Assembly (NCBI RefSeq): GCF_009914755.1
Contig: NC_060938.1
Length of the DNA: 64,000 nt
Strand: one strand, 5' to 3'
Source of the DNA: the human T2T-CHM13v2.0 reference genome, Homo sapiens
Shown here: in pieces, positions 19,249 through 40,748 of the stretch
Layout: each line of letters starts with the position of its first letter
Numbering within the stretch: position 1 is the stretch's first letter
Position numbers and translations under genes: made by a program
The notes under the pieces: generated by a model
Database searches by the model: none
Told to the model about the DNA's origin: nothing
What the model saw: only the letters and a program-made list of their open reading frames with translations

Positions 19249-20269
19249 TCAGGAGATTCATTTGAAAATAGCCACTTGATTCTAGAGAGGGTCTTCTTAC
19301 TACTGAGGCTGCTGTAGGCAAGGGACTTGCCCTCTGTTTTTCTTAGAGGTCTGACTTTAACAAGGAGCAGTATGGGGCTCCCAGGTGTTGTATGTCATCC
19401 GCGGGACACTGGAAGGGGCTGCTGACCATTCAGCCCGCCTTCCTGCTGAGAAATATCCCATCTGCCCAGCACTGGTCTTGCGGTCAAGAATCAAGCTTCC
19501 CGTCGGCAGCCCCTCTCCTCTCTCCCAGCCTTTCTGTGTGCATGAATGGGAAGGGCAGCTACTTCCTTTATGGTTTGTCTGACTTCTCCCCGAGTTCCAG
19601 TTCAACTTGAACTTTGGCATTCAAGGCAAGACTGGAGAGAGCAAGGGAGTGCTGATCTAGAATGTTCTGTTCTAGGGCTGGTCTCAGGTGGTGAGAAGTT
19701 ATCCACTGGGCATCCTGAAAATACACTAAGGGTTACAAACACATGTCTGAAGAATGTTCTGGCCAGGGTCTGCCCGTGTGCAAGAAGTCTCGGGGACTGG
19801 AAGGAAGGACCTCATCCCTCCCATTCTGGGGTACAGAATCTCCCCTGGAAACAGAACCAGAGGAGGCAGCATGCTGGGCTCTTGGTGCTGCCCTCTGTTC
19901 TGGTTCTGGGGCGATGCCCAGCCTGAGACACGGGTCCTGACCTTACAATGGACTCAACTCATCACCCCCATTGCCTCGGGAGGCAGGTGGCATCATCGAA
20001 ATGCAGAAAGAAAAGATTTCCTATCGTGAACTTCCTCCCTGGGGCCAGACTTTCCTGTCACTGCCAGAGGGACTGGTTAACCCCCAACCAACCCAGGCTC
20101 CCACAAGATCCTACCAGTTTTCTCCTCGCCCCTCCATTAGATAAATCTTCCTTAGAACTCAAGTTGTGTCACATCATTCTCTTGTTCAAAACCCCAGTGC
20201 CCCAGTGAGCACAGTGCTGCCTCGTACGTAAAACCTCAACTCTTCAGTCTTACGTCAAAGCCTCTCCTT

Positions 20270-20590
20270 AGCTGGGCACGTTGACTCATGCCTGTAATCC
20301 CAGCACTTTGGGAGTCTGAGGCAGGAGGATCACTTGAGCCCAGGAGTTCAAGACCAGCCTGGCCAACATGGTGAAACCTCGTCTCTACTAAAAATACAAA
20401 AATTAGCCGGGCACGGTGGCATGCATGTGTAGTCCCAGGTACTCTGGAGGCTGAAGTGGGAGGATCACTTGAGCCTTGGGAGTTCCAGCCTGCAGTGAGC
20501 TGTGAATGTGCCACTGCACTCCAGCCTGGGTGACAAAGGCAGGCGACCCTGTCTAAAAAAAAAAAAAAGAAAGAAAAAAGAAAAAAGAAA
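20270..20590 (+). mobile_element. AluJb-like
   Basis: TSD aaagcct(c/t)tcct. Confidence 0.9.
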
Positions 20591-20829
20591 AGCCTTTCCT
20601 GTGTAGCCCAAACCAAACTGTCTTTCCCGTCTTGTCATCAGCTCCCCTGTACATTGGCCAATTTGTCCTTCAATGTTTTGTTTGTCCATCCACTCATTCA
20701 TCTGTATTTATCACAGATTGAGGCTGATAGGGATGAAAATCATCTTTCCTTTGGTGAAGCTGCAGGGACAAGGAACAAGGAGGTGACCCACATACCCCTT
20801 GATAGATGCTGACACAGGCAATGGCCTTG

Positions 20830-21975
<1,146 letters not shown>

Positions 21976-21989
21976 TTAAATTAAATTAA

Positions 21990-22289
<300 letters not shown>

Positions 22290-22339
22290 TAATTTTTTAT
22301 ATTGCAACTTATAAATCTTTCATGGGCTCTGAGTTTCTT

Positions 22340-22475
22340 GTTTTTATTTTATTTTTGTAGACACAGGGTTTCACTATGTTGCCTAGGCTGGTCTCAAACT
22401 CGTGGCCTCAAGCTAATCCTCCCACTTTAGCCTCCCAAAGCGCTGGGGTTCCAGGCATGAGCCACCTCGCCCAAC
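22340..22475 (-). mobile_element. Alu monomer (FLAM/AluJ left arm)
   Basis: Single antisense arm. Confidence 0.85.
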
Positions 22476-22519
22476 ATGCTCTGAGTTTCTAAAAGAACAT
22501 TTAGCAGCTGGGAGGGGTG

Positions 22520-22960
22520 CAGCAGTGAGAGTGCGGGGCTTGGAGTCCAACTTTGTTGGCTGTGTGGCCTTGGGCAGGGAGCTTCACCCCTCTGAGCTTT
22601 AGTCCCCTCCTCTGTTAGACAGGGTCGACTGCCCCCAGCCTGCTTGCATGATGAGGGTTTAAGGACAATGGACACAGCAGATCCCACACAGTCTTGATAC
22701 TTACAGATTCTCAATGCCTCGGTGTTACTGTTGTTCCCACGTGCCAGCCTGAACTTAGCACCCACTGCTGGCTTCCTCCTCCCCTCTCTCGGAATGGACC
22801 CAATGGGCCCTGCCTCCGCAGAAGCCATAGAAAGCTTTTAGGTTTCACACAGTCAGTCACAATTCATGTGTCTGGGGTTTATCATGTGCGGGGCGCTGTC
22901 CTAAACACTTCACATGAATTAACAAATTTCATTCTCATAACAGCCTCTAGGATCAATATG
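22520..22960. mobile_element. Two MIR fragments in opposite orientations
   Basis: ggctgtgtggccttgggcag...ctctgagctttagt (+); ctaaacacttcacatgaattaac...cattctcataacagcc (-). Confidence 0.6.
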
Positions 22961-23039
22961 ATTATTGCTGGGTGTTCCAGATCTTGATGCCTAAGGATAC
23001 CCAGGTAGTCAATGGTAGACCTGGGCTGTGCACCCAGGC

Positions 23040-23490
23040 AGGCTGGCCCCTCAGCCCACAGGCGTGACCAGAGGTTATCCCTCCTCTCCTCCAGCTTTGT
23101 GCCCTGGAGGAGCTGCTGTGTGCACTGCATGGACGCCACCCTTGCCCTCTGGCCGCCTTTTGGTCATGGCCAGTGAAGAGCCTAGTGGGAGATCAAAGGG
23201 AGGAGGGGGTGGGGAGTCTGCATTCATTCCCCTGCAGTCCTCCCCGCAGGGTCGCCCAGGCTGGGTTGGACCTAAAAGGAAGGTCACGGCCCCACTCAGG
23301 CAGCCTCTGTCCCACAGGGTTCTGGTGCGGGGTTCTGGTGCAGGTGCTGGTGCGCAGTGTTCCTCTTGCTCGCATCCGCCCCGCATTGCTGCACAATCCC
23401 TACTTCTACGCCCCTCGTGGTTTTGTAAATAGTGTCATTGTAAATGAGCCAGCCACTCCCCCATGCTGCCTCTCAGCTGCAGGCTGAGCA
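23040..23490 (+). mobile_element. LTR33-like ERVL solo LTR
   Basis: cccttgccctctggcc...gggagatcaaagggagg...cattcattcccctg...ttttgtaaatagt resembles the recalled LTR33 consensus. Confidence 0.6.
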
Positions 23491-23526
23491 AAGCTTAGCT
23501 TCTCCTTGAGCCTTACCTGCTTACTG

Positions 23527-24082
23527 TGTAATGCCCAACCTCATTTTTACCAATCCTGTTTTTAGACTCTCCCTTTCCTTTAATCACCCAGCCTTGTTTC
23601 CACCTGAATTGACTCTCCCTTAGCTAAGAGAGCCAGACAGACTCCATCTTGGCTTTTTCACTGGCAGCCCCTTCCTCGAGGACTTAACTTGTGCAAGCTG
23701 ACTCCCAGCACATCCAAGAATGCAATTAACTGATAAGATACTGTGGCGAGCAATATCCGCAATTCTCAGGAATTCGTCTGATTGATAATGCCCAAAGCCC
23801 CAAGTCTATCACCTTGTAATGGTCTTAAAGCCCCTGCACCTGGAACTGTTTACTTTCCTGTAACCATTTATCCTTTTAACTTCTTGCCTACTTTATTTCT
23901 GTAAAATTGTTTTAACTAGACCCCCCCTCCCTTTTCTAAACCAAAGTATAAAAGAAAATCTAGCCCCTTCTTCGGGCCGAGAGAATTTTGAGTGTTAGCT
24001 GTCTCTTGGCCACCAACTAAATAAACGGACTCTTAATTCGTCTCAAAGTGTGGCGTTTTCTCTAACTCGCTCAGGTACAACA
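23527..24082 (+). mobile_element. Solo ERV1 LTR (LTR6A/B, HERV-S71 family)
   Basis: TG...CA ends, 4-bp TSD ACTG, TATAAAA 23947-23953, AATAAA 24020-24025; sequence matches the recalled LTR6 consensus. Confidence 0.85.
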
Positions 24083-24229
24083 ACTGCTTCTTGTATGTTT
24101 AATTTCATTTACTTATTTTTTGAAAATATTTCAATGTGTACAAAAGGATATGCAGTGAAAAGCCTCTTTCCCTCTCTCAACCATCCAGTTCTCCCCACAG
24201 GCAACTGTCAAAATAGTTTTTGGTGGGTT

Positions 24230-25010
<781 letters not shown>

Positions 25011-25136
25011 CACTCTCTGAAATGGGTTTTTGTGAATCCTTCCAAAGGCATTTTATGCACATTCAAGCAAATACGTAAATATTCTTCCTTTAAAAAACAT
25101 GCAAATTATTATTTAAAAAAATATTGGGGGGATGGG

Positions 25137-25428
<292 letters not shown>

Positions 25429-26240
25429 CTACCAACAAGAAAATTATTTTATTTAACTTGGATATCGTTTCACATCAATACATAATACAAATTCTCATCT
25501 TTCTGTTCAGCCTCCTCATCGTGTGGATACTCGTATGTATTTAGCCTTTTCCACATTGATGGAAAGTGAGGGCATTTGCAATGTTTTGCTATGCTGATAG
25601 CCCCACAGTCAATGTGGTTTACTTCTAACCTCCTGCTTCCTCTCCAGGCTCACGGCCCGCTCTCCTTGAGTTTCCTCCACTCAGCCTCCCTGCAAGGTAG
25701 ACCCCCAGCCCATGACTTCAGGGCCTTGGGCCCTCAGGCTTTCCTGACCCTCTGCTGCCGGACTTGCTGTCTCCTCTCAGGAGACTCCCTGACCCTTCAT
25801 TTCTGGCTCTGCAGGCGGCCCAGCACGTGTTTCCTTGGGGCCCTGCCTCCTGGGCTATTGGCCTGTTTTCCAGGTGTGACAAACCAGAGCAACACAGACA
25901 AGTGAAGAGGACACCAATTGCCCGTGTATCCTTGGGTGCGGTCAGAGGCTCCTGGGAGCACCCACAGGGCATCTGCAGGGGCAGGGCTGGTCTCTTGTCC
26001 ATAGAGACGAGGAGTCCAGCACTAGGTTTCCAAGCTTTATTCCTTCAGAGCTGAATTTGCTGGCACCTACCCTGGGAGTCGAGGTTGCTGATAGCCTATT
26101 TATCTTTCCTTCCCCACATTATTCTGTTTTCCTCTCCAACAATGCAACCATCATCCTCACCTTCTAATTAAAAAAAGAATTACATTCCTTCTGGTAAGAG
26201 ACAGAAAAAGAAGAATTACATTAAAAAGAGAGAGAAAATG

Positions 26241-26570
<330 letters not shown>

Positions 26571-26587
26571 AAGGGAGAAACTTGTAG

Positions 26588-27330
<743 letters not shown>

Positions 27331-27359
27331 AGCACATATAAATATGATCACGATGCCCA

Positions 27360-27490
27360 TGGAGCTCGCCACCCTACAAAGTTGATACTGTTTTCTTCAT
27401 CATTTTACTGAAGAAAGAGGCTCAGAGAAGCCAAGGGACCAGCCAGTCAGTGCCAGAAATGGGACTGGATCTGCCTCCTGACTCCAAAGC
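27360..27490 (-). mobile_element. MIR fragment
   Basis: cattttactgaagaaagaggctcagagaagccaag...cctgactccaaagc. Confidence 0.65.
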
Positions 27491-28614
27491 TTCACGAATG
27501 CATATACTTCAGAGATGTGTTTGGCCAGAGGCCCCTAAGACAAGCCTGCTGGTGGAGCTCCGAGATGCCACCGTGAAGAGAAGATTTACTGAATAGTTAG
27601 AGGAAGAACTAAGAACTGAAAAGTTCTTAGAGGAGTAAGGACTGAAGGCAGCAAGGTCCTGGGAGTAATCAGCACAGAGGCAAGGATGGGGCCAACACAA
27701 CTAGGTCAGGCTGCAGAGTGAGCTCATGGGGGTTGCTGGAGGGGACAATTAGAAGTGGCTGGAGATAAAGAGGCAAGCTGTCCTGAGAGCTGGCCCTGCT
27801 CAGGAAAGAGAAAAGGGCACCTGCACCTCCACGTGCAGGTGGCTGGATCCACTGCAATCGCCATTCCAGGAAATATGGGACCTCACAGAAGGAAACTAGT
27901 CCCAAGGAGTAAAAGACTTGGAGATGGAGCTTTGATTCTGTGGGAGGCAGTGCAAAGGAGGAACCAGGGAGTGCGGTTCCTTCCTCATGGGACAAACACA
28001 CTGTGAGGAAGGAATTCAGCTGTGTCTGTAACCTAATGCCGAGTGCCTCCCCTACAGCTTCCTTCCTGTGCACACAGGGGTCTGAGGCCACTGGTGCCGG
28101 TGGGGCCATTTTACACTCTCCAGCCTCCTGGCCCAAAGAAACCCAGAAAAGCAGGAATGGAGGCTGGGGGGCAATGCACTGGGCTGGGGAGGCCTCATCC
28201 ACAGAGAAGAGCGCTCTCTGGAGAAAACCCTTTCCTCCCACTGGTTCCTTGAGAGTGAACTCACGAAAGTCTTTGGGAGGAAGCAGAAGCCTCAGAGGCC
28301 TTTTAAGGGACACTTTGAGGCCCCTCCCTTCCAGGCCTTTGTGGAGAGCACCAAGGACAAGCACAGCCTGGCTGTTAAACCCGTGGGCGCCTGCATGCTA
28401 CGCACCTGACCGAGGGCCCAGATGTGCAGGCTCACCATCAGATGCCAAGGAGGAGAGCAGGGCCGGCCAGCACCCCGGCAATACCTTCCAGGGAAGCAGC
28501 ACAGCAAGTGCACAGCCCACTACGGCCCCAGGACTGCAGCCCCAGGCCCTGATGCCTGGCTGGGCTCTCCTCTCTGACATCCTTCCAGCTTTGGCCTCTC
28601 CCCTCCTCAGGAAC

Positions 28615-28845
28615 CACATATACAGACACACACACTCTCACACATACACACACACTGACACACACACACTGACACATACGCGCACACTCATACACTCACA
28701 CATACACACACACGTGCACACACATACACACACATGCACTCATACACACACTCACATACACTCTCAGACATGCTCACACATACATGCACTCACACACACT
28801 CACACATGCCCTCACACACAGACACAAAGACACACACACGTACAT
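28615..28845. repeat. Degenerate (CA)n-rich simple repeat
   Basis: About 230 bp of interrupted CA/CT/TA dinucleotides. Confidence 0.95.
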
Positions 28846-29254
28846 GTGCTTGCTCTTCTGTCCATTCCCTGCCTTAAGGAAGAGATATGAGAGTAGACAG
28901 AAAAGAAAAGGATAGAAAGAAACAAAGTCTTCTGGAACTCTGGGTTTCTGAATCCTGACTCCTTAGACGGGTGTAAAAGATGCAGAAACATATTTGGTAA
29001 GCTGCTTGATAAGAAATTGTGAGGTTTCCCAGAGAAAACTCTAGCGTTTTCTCTGCAACTAGAGAGTGGCCCTGAGCTTGGGAGGAGAGCAGAGCAGGGG
29101 TGTCATGAGAATGGGGCCCTGTCTCAGTTTCCTGGGAGGAGCCTGGTGAATGGCAAAAGTCTAGGTGAGAAATGGCCGTGTGGTGTGTCCAGGCAGACGG
29201 AGCTCTGTATCACTGCAGGCTGCAGAGAGAGTCCTGTATCTTCAGAAGTGAATG

Positions 29255-29380
29255 CACATGGACCACGTCTGTGGTCCCAGCAACTCCGGAGGCTGAGGCA
29301 GGAAGATCGCCTGAGCCCAGGAATTTGAGAACAGCCTGGCCAGCATAGCGAGACCCTGTCTCTAAAAAGATAAAAATACA
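29255..29380 (+). mobile_element. Alu monomer (FLAM-like)
   Basis: ctgtggtcccagcaactccggaggctgaggcagg...agcgagaccctgtctct. Confidence 0.8.
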
Positions 29381-29419
29381 AATAATTTCTTAACACTTGA
29401 TACACATTTCTCAACCATA

Positions 29420-29765
29420 ATTTAGAAATGCAAATTAAAACCACAGTGAGATACCATTTTTCACTGATCATAAAGGCAAAGGCTTACCATTTAATCAAGT
29501 CTGATGCTGGTGAGAGGGCAGGGAAGCAGCTTCTGTTGATGGCTGTTGACGGGAGTATGAGTTGGCACAGCCTCTTTGGAGAGCCATTTGGCAATATCTT
29601 TCCAAATTAAAGTACACATTTCCTTTGACCCTGCCATTCCAGTTTTACCCTGCAGGTACATCCCACATGTCCACAAGGATGTTTGTTCAAGTCACATTGT
29701 TTGTAATGGCAAAAAAAGAGAAACAACTCAAATGTCCATTAATAGGGGACTGGATAATAAGTAAG
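29420..29765 (+). mobile_element. L1ME-type fragment
   Basis: gaaatgcaaattaaaaccacagtgagatacca...ttggcaatatct...caactcaaatgtccattaatagggg. Confidence 0.75.
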
Positions 29766-29767
29766 TA

Positions 29768-30470
<703 letters not shown>

Positions 30471-30659
30471 TCATGACACATTAGTGGAATATATGTGGCC
30501 ATTTCAAATGAAATAGATCGCATAGGCTGAAATGGACAGATCTCTGAGAAACATTACTGTTTTTTTAAAGTGAGGCATAGAATACTATGTATAGTTGTTT
30601 TCCATTTGCATTTTTAAAAAAGAATCTATATAAAAATACATACATGTTTATGCACGAAC

Positions 30660-30955
<296 letters not shown>

Positions 30956-31002
30956 TGCACAAGCATTTCTAAAAGATCTCAGAGGTTTAAAAATCTATAC
31001 CT

Positions 31003-31578
<576 letters not shown>

Positions 31579-32229
31579 ATCTGTATCTCTCTATTCTCAC
31601 GGAGTGATGTGGTGCTATTTGAATGGGTTAGCATCTGTGGCTGTTCTATCTTTCTGGTGGCACAAAAGGGACAGGAATAAGCAGTAGCAGACACATAGTG
31701 GGAGGAAGGCACAGCAAGCCCTTCTGCAGGTCCAGAACCAGGGCTGGGGGCAGGTTTGTGAGGGTAATTGACACTTTCCATGTGGACAGCCTCAGATATC
31801 AGGGGCTGAGTCATAGCCACCCTAGAGGCTGTGACAAAAGTCCACAAGTTTTCAAAGACTGACGTATTCTAGAACAGTTTATCCTTAAGGAAGGAGCACT
31901 TGGGAGGCTCCAGGTGGGGCTGGGAGGGACCAAGAAGGAGGTGTCTGTAGGGAGAGGCAGAGAATCAGCCCTCTTGTCACTGGCTGTGTTGTTGTCACCC
32001 TGCCAGGTACCACAGAGATCATGACAATGACTCCAGATAGACCCACACTGCTCCGGAAATGGAAACTCCTATTTCTCAACAAAATCCACCTAAGCTCAAA
32101 GGTGAAATCAACAAAGAGTTTTAAAGATCATTTTAGATTATTATGAAGAAAGATGCAAATGATAGCACAAGACTGAAAAAGAAATTCAAAGCCCAGTAAC
32201 GTATGAGTAATGAGGAAACTAAAATCACA

Positions 32230-33080
32230 AATTCAGAAAGAACCAATTCACGTTCAAACAAGGAGATCCCATTTTCCACTTATCAGATTAGCAAAAATGT
32301 TAAGAATTGCTACTATTCAGTGTTAGTGAGGGTGTGGGAAAACAGGCATTCTCAAGCTCCCCACATGTCATAGAGGAGTGAAAATCAGCCCAAACTTTTT
32401 GGAGAACAATTAGTCAGTAATAACATGTCAAATGTGGATTCACTCTGATTCAAAAATTCTATTTCTGGGAATCCACCCTCTGATGTTGTCACACAAGGCA
32501 TATGCAAGGATGTTCGCCAAGGTGTTGATTATCTAGTAAAATGCTGGAAACAACTTAGCTATCAATTAGAGACTGGATAAATAACTTACAGTGTATCCAC
32601 ACTGTGGAACCCTTAAGAGACTGAGGTAGATTTATATACAGTGACATGGAAGATCTCTAAGACACATTGACAAGTGAAATTAACAAATCAAAATATGACA
32701 CATTAGTATAATTATATATATATGTATATATATTATATGTATTTAAAGTCTCTCCCAAATGCTAAGTCTATATCATTCATAGAAACAGGTATGGAGTCTG
32801 GGTGCAGTGGCTCATGCTTGTAATTCCAACATTTTGGGAGGCTGAGGTGGGAGGATTGCTTGAGACCAGGAGTTCTAGACCAGGTAGGGCAATATAGCAA
32901 GACCCCATCTCTCTATTTCTAAAAAAATAAATCCATGAAACAATGTAAGAAGAAAAAACAGGTCTGGAAGGAGATACACACACAATGAAGAGTAGTTACC
33001 TCGAAGGGGAAAGGAGAATTGGAAGGAGGTGATAAAGGGGGATTATAAATTTTACTCCATATATTTCTGTGTTGGATTTT
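32230..33080 (+). mobile_element. L1ME-type 3' fragments plus FLAM (32795-32930)
   Basis: cattttccacttatcagattagcaaaaatg; ggaaacaacttagctatcaattagagactggataaataa; gacatggaagatctctaagac. Confidence 0.7.
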
Positions 33081-33084
33081 TAAT

Positions 33085-33413
<329 letters not shown>

Positions 33414-34369
33414 TGAATGTGCATTCATGCATTACTTAGCGGCACTATGCACGGTCATGGTGTTCCGTGTCGACCCTAGCTTCATTAGTTACTAGGTGTG
33501 TAAGAAGTAAAGAAAAAAATAAATAAACCTCAATGTGCCTTACTCTTTTTCTACAAAAATAGAGCTAATATAGGCTTGTTGTGAAGATTAAGTAAATTGA
33601 TAGAAGCAAAATGCTTGAAATAAGTGTTTCAATTATTATGACTTGTGTAATTAAACATAAGCTGTCACAAATAGGCTGTGTCGGCTTGGATGAAGAATCC
33701 CACACTGGTAAGGCCAATGCTTACATGAGCACGAGCCTGAGAAGAGAGGGAAATGCTCGTTGTCCATGTCAGCATTAGGAGGAGATGCACATCCTCCTGG
33801 AGGGTAGGAAGCTAGGCTGGGAAGACACAGAGGAACCACTCTCCAGTCAGTACTGGGCTCTTCTGTGGGACATCATCACACTGATGTGAATTCACGTTGA
33901 GCGTTGCTGATGCTGTCGGCATCAGCAAATGAGGTGGTCGGCATCACTGACCACAGCAGGTGGAGACCATCGTCTCCAAGACACAGTTCTAGGAAGACAC
34001 TGAGGTGCATGTGACTTTGGAGGGTGGACAAATGTGTTCAGGCCCCTCCTGTAGGTTCTGGTCCAGAGCCTCTACCACCCAGCACCAGGAAAGAGATGCT
34101 GGGAGCAAAGTCAGCCAGGCCGTGGACCAAAAGCACATAACTCGTGTGCTTTAGTGACCCATATAGACTGCTGTGTTCCATTAATAACAGATTCCAATGA
34201 CAACCTTAAGGACATTTCTAGTCGTTTGTAAAATTTGATGACATTTTCTCTTTCCATTGATAGAAATTAAGCACTATGTTTTTTTTTTCCTCATCACAAA
34301 CAAAATACTTCTGGAAAGAAAGTTCTTCAATAGGTGTGTAGCCCTCCCTGGAATAAGGATTTAGAAATA

Positions 34370-35100
<731 letters not shown>

Positions 35101-35333
35101 ATAGAGTAAGAGACATATCTTCTGTGCAGAACAATTTATAAACAGAAATGCACGCTAAGTTCAGAAATGCTCAAAACAATGTCCTGGCATTTTCAGAATA
35201 TATATACACACACATATATATAATATTACATTAAATATAATACAGTTTTATATATTACATATAATTTTATATTGTATTTAATATAATATACTGAGTACTA
35301 TATTTTAACGTATTAAATATATAAATATACGTG

Positions 35334-36020
<687 letters not shown>

Positions 36021-36036
36021 ATGTGTTTGTGTGTGA

Positions 36037-36038
<2 letters not shown>

Positions 36039-36085
<47 letters not shown>
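36039..36085. repeat. (AC)23 microsatellite
   Basis: Perfect dinucleotide run. Confidence 0.98.
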
Positions 36086-36088
<3 letters not shown>

Positions 36089-36124
36089 CTGTGAGGCTAA
36101 ACACCTGATGGAAAAAATGTTCTT

Positions 36125-36730
36125 AGTTCCAGCTACTCAGGAGGCTGACATGTGAGGATCGCATGAGCCTTGGGGGCAGAAGTTGCAGTGAGCTGAGATC
36201 ACCTCACTGCATTCCAGCCTGGACAACTGAGCGAGACCCTGTCTCAAAAAAAAAAAAAAAAAAAAAGAAAAAAAGAAAAAGAAAAAGAAAAAGAAAAACT
36301 GTTCTGTGACTGTTGCTGTGATGTTCTGTAGCACCACTTTAAAAAGTCTCCTAAGGACCAGTGAACCTGGATTCAAACTTGAACAGTGTCTATCCAGGAC
36401 TCAGTCTCCATTGATGCCTAACGAAAACCCTCCCACAACTCATACATCCTATTCAAAGTTTCCCTTTCTATCACATAGCCACCCATATGACTACCTCAAG
36501 TGAGTGCAAGAAAGCCCCTTTGTACCTTTATATGAAGTTCAGGATTTTAAAAGGTCAAGCAGCACTCAGAAAATAGCTGCTTAAACAGCAAAACAGGGCC
36601 AGGCATGATGGCTCACACCTGTAATCCCAGCACTTTGCGAGGCTGAGCCAGGTGAATCACTTGAGGCCAGGAATTTAAGACCAGCCTGGGCAACATAGGG
36701 AGACCTCATCTCTATTTTTAAAAAAAAAAC
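36125..36730 (+). mobile_element. Alu right arm (36125-36298) and FLAM-like monomer (36597-36730)
   Basis: Partial Alu sequences. Confidence 0.85.
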
Positions 36731-36959
36731 AAAAGGGTTTTTCAGAGAGATGCTTGGATTTTATCTGGAGAACCCAAAAGTCTAGATACCCACACACCTG
36801 GGCTAGTTTACTTCCAGCCCCGTTCCGGGAAAGGGGCTGAGCAAGAGACCTTCATGATTTGGTGGGAAGTTGAAGCGGGGCTGGGACCAGGGCTGTCATC
36901 CCAAAGTTACCACCTGAGACGGCCCTGCCTTGTAAATAGAGGGCAGGTGCAGATGGAGC

Positions 36960-37522
<563 letters not shown>

Positions 37523-37547
37523 AACTTTTATATCTCCTTTTCTTTTA

Positions 37548-37935
<388 letters not shown>

Positions 37936-38562
37936 TAGAAAATCAGATCATTCTTTAGAAATTGAGACAGATGTCTACCTGCCAACGACATTCACCCAGG
38001 CAGATGATGCTGGGAAACCTTATTTTCCAGAATTCTCTGCTTTCCTGTCGCTGCTCCCTCCTGGCACTTTTTGGGCTTCTGGCAGGCCACTGGTTAGCAG
38101 GGCACAAAGATCTCCCCTAGCACATTCAGCTTCCCACGGGCTCATCTGTCTCCATGGAATGGTGAGGGCAGGCTCACATGGGGCCTTCCTTCTTTTCCAG
38201 CAGTGGCTTCAGTATTTGCCAAGACTCCCCATGTCCTTTTCGTGCCTGGAGTTTCACTTTTCATGGGTGGCTGGTAGCCAGAAGGCCCTTCTACCTTGGA
38301 GAGTCCCTGCATCCATCTCTGGGCTTGAGGACAACTTTGAGCCCCAAAATCGGGCTCTCATAGAAGTAATTCCATTGTCACATGTCCTGCAGCAATCCTG
38401 GAACACCACTCTGGGAAATAAGCTCCTGGAAAAAAAATTGGGGAGGAATTTTGAGGAGGTGTGTAGTCCAGAAAGATTTGGAATGAAGTAATCTTTTAGG
38501 CATAAATTTACCAGAAGCCAGTATTTCTTTATTTGCATTTCCTTTCATTATCAAGCAAAGTA

Positions 38563-38740
38563 ACACACACACACGCGCGCGCGCGCACACACACGCACAC
38601 ACACGCACAGGCACGCACGCATGTACACATGCGCGCACACGGACACATGCACACACACGCACACGCATATGGACACAACGCAGACATGCATGCACACACG
38701 TGCACGCACGCACACACACACTTGCACACACACACACGCA
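38563..38740. repeat. Alternating purine-pyrimidine (CA/CG/TG) compound repeat
   Basis: (CG)6 at 38574-38585 within about 180 bp of CA/CG-rich alternation. Confidence 0.95.
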
Positions 38741-40187
38741 CCCTGCTTGCAGTTATGCAATGGTTTGTGCAGTTGCTGTGAGCCCAGAAGCGCTTGTCTG
38801 AGTGTGCATATCCCTGGCTTCCTGCACTGAGGGCAACAGGAGGCAGTGGGAATTTCTCAAATGTTCACAAGAATGTCGAGAGGGCGTTCTGAGTAATCAA
38901 AACTCCTTGAACTTGTGGGAAAATGCAGTCCCAATTTCCTTTTCGAGACAATGGTCTTTGAAAGCTGTATGCCACGAGAGTTTTCGTTTGTTTATGGTTA
39001 GAGAATATGGTAAAATGCACGTCTGTGGAAGGCCCCAGGAGTGAGAAATCCTGCCACATGGATGGTGCGGCCCTAAGTGCAGGGCAAACTTGGATTCTCC
39101 AGCTGGCACTAATGCCTGCTGCATCGCTGACCCACTCAGCTTCAGTGTTTTGGCCATTAGTGTGATCAGCCTAACAAAACTCTTATGTCATTCTCGTTAC
39201 CCTTTTCTCTCTTAGGAAGCCAACTCTCAGGGTCTTCCTCCGCTTCTGTTCTCTCATGCCCCTCGGTGGAGGCTCCCAGATGGACGCTCAGACACGGAAG
39301 GTCCAGGGAGATGCGTGGATCTGCCGCCATGTGGGTGGACCAAGCTGTTGCCTCCATTGGAAGCCTCTGTCCGGTGCCACATCCTCCCTGGGTTCCAGTC
39401 CCCACCTGCCAGGTTGACAATTAGGCAATTTGATTTACTAAGGAGAAGACAAAGAAAGAAAAGGAGAAATATTTCAAGAAAAAAAAGACTGTGAAAAAGA
39501 AAAAGTGAAAAAATAGGGAATATAGAAAAAAAAACCGCAATCAGGAGAGAGAAATAAAGAATTCCAGGATGATGAGTCTGGATGGAGAAAGCCTCCGTTT
39601 CCCCACTCCAGAAGTCTGAGCTGAGTGAACTCCTTAGCATTAAGGGAGGTGTCTCTATGGAGGACTGAATATGTCTTGCGAGAGGTGGGGCAGGTGGGAT
39701 GGGGGGTGGGGTGGAGTGCTATCCCAGTTAAGCCTTTAGGTACTAGGTACCCAGGAGGTCTCATTAATTCTGGAATCATTTTGGAATATTAGATACGCTC
39801 AAGGATGAGCTGTGTGCTGTTTCTCTTGCTGTACTATGTGGTCCAGATTCCAGACTCCAGAGCCCTTAGGCAAGCCCAGAACTGTCCCCACAATCTCTGG
39901 GTGGCAGCTGCCCCAATCATGGCTGTCCAACCTACAGGAGCAACTAAACATGGGATTCCCAGGCAGGGAGGAGATGCTGTAGGGTGGCGGAACCTGCAGC
40001 ATGGATAGCCACCTACTCTGTCCTCTCTGTCAGGACAGCCTGACCGAGGCCCACAAGTGGCTGCTCACTCCTCCCGGCCTGACTGCACCAGTCTAGACTG
40101 GGCTCTTAGCATCTGTCACCTGGCCTTTGTTGTTTTAAGGAGCACAATAATAATAACAATAATTTAAAAAAAAAAAAAAACTCTTTT

Positions 40188-40748
<561 letters not shown>

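Noticed and set aside
27940-28890. 316-aa ORF, the longest in the track
   Set aside because: The last third is an HT-repeat read through a (CA)n tract, the rest has no recognisable domain, and overlapping antisense ORFs indicate chance frames.
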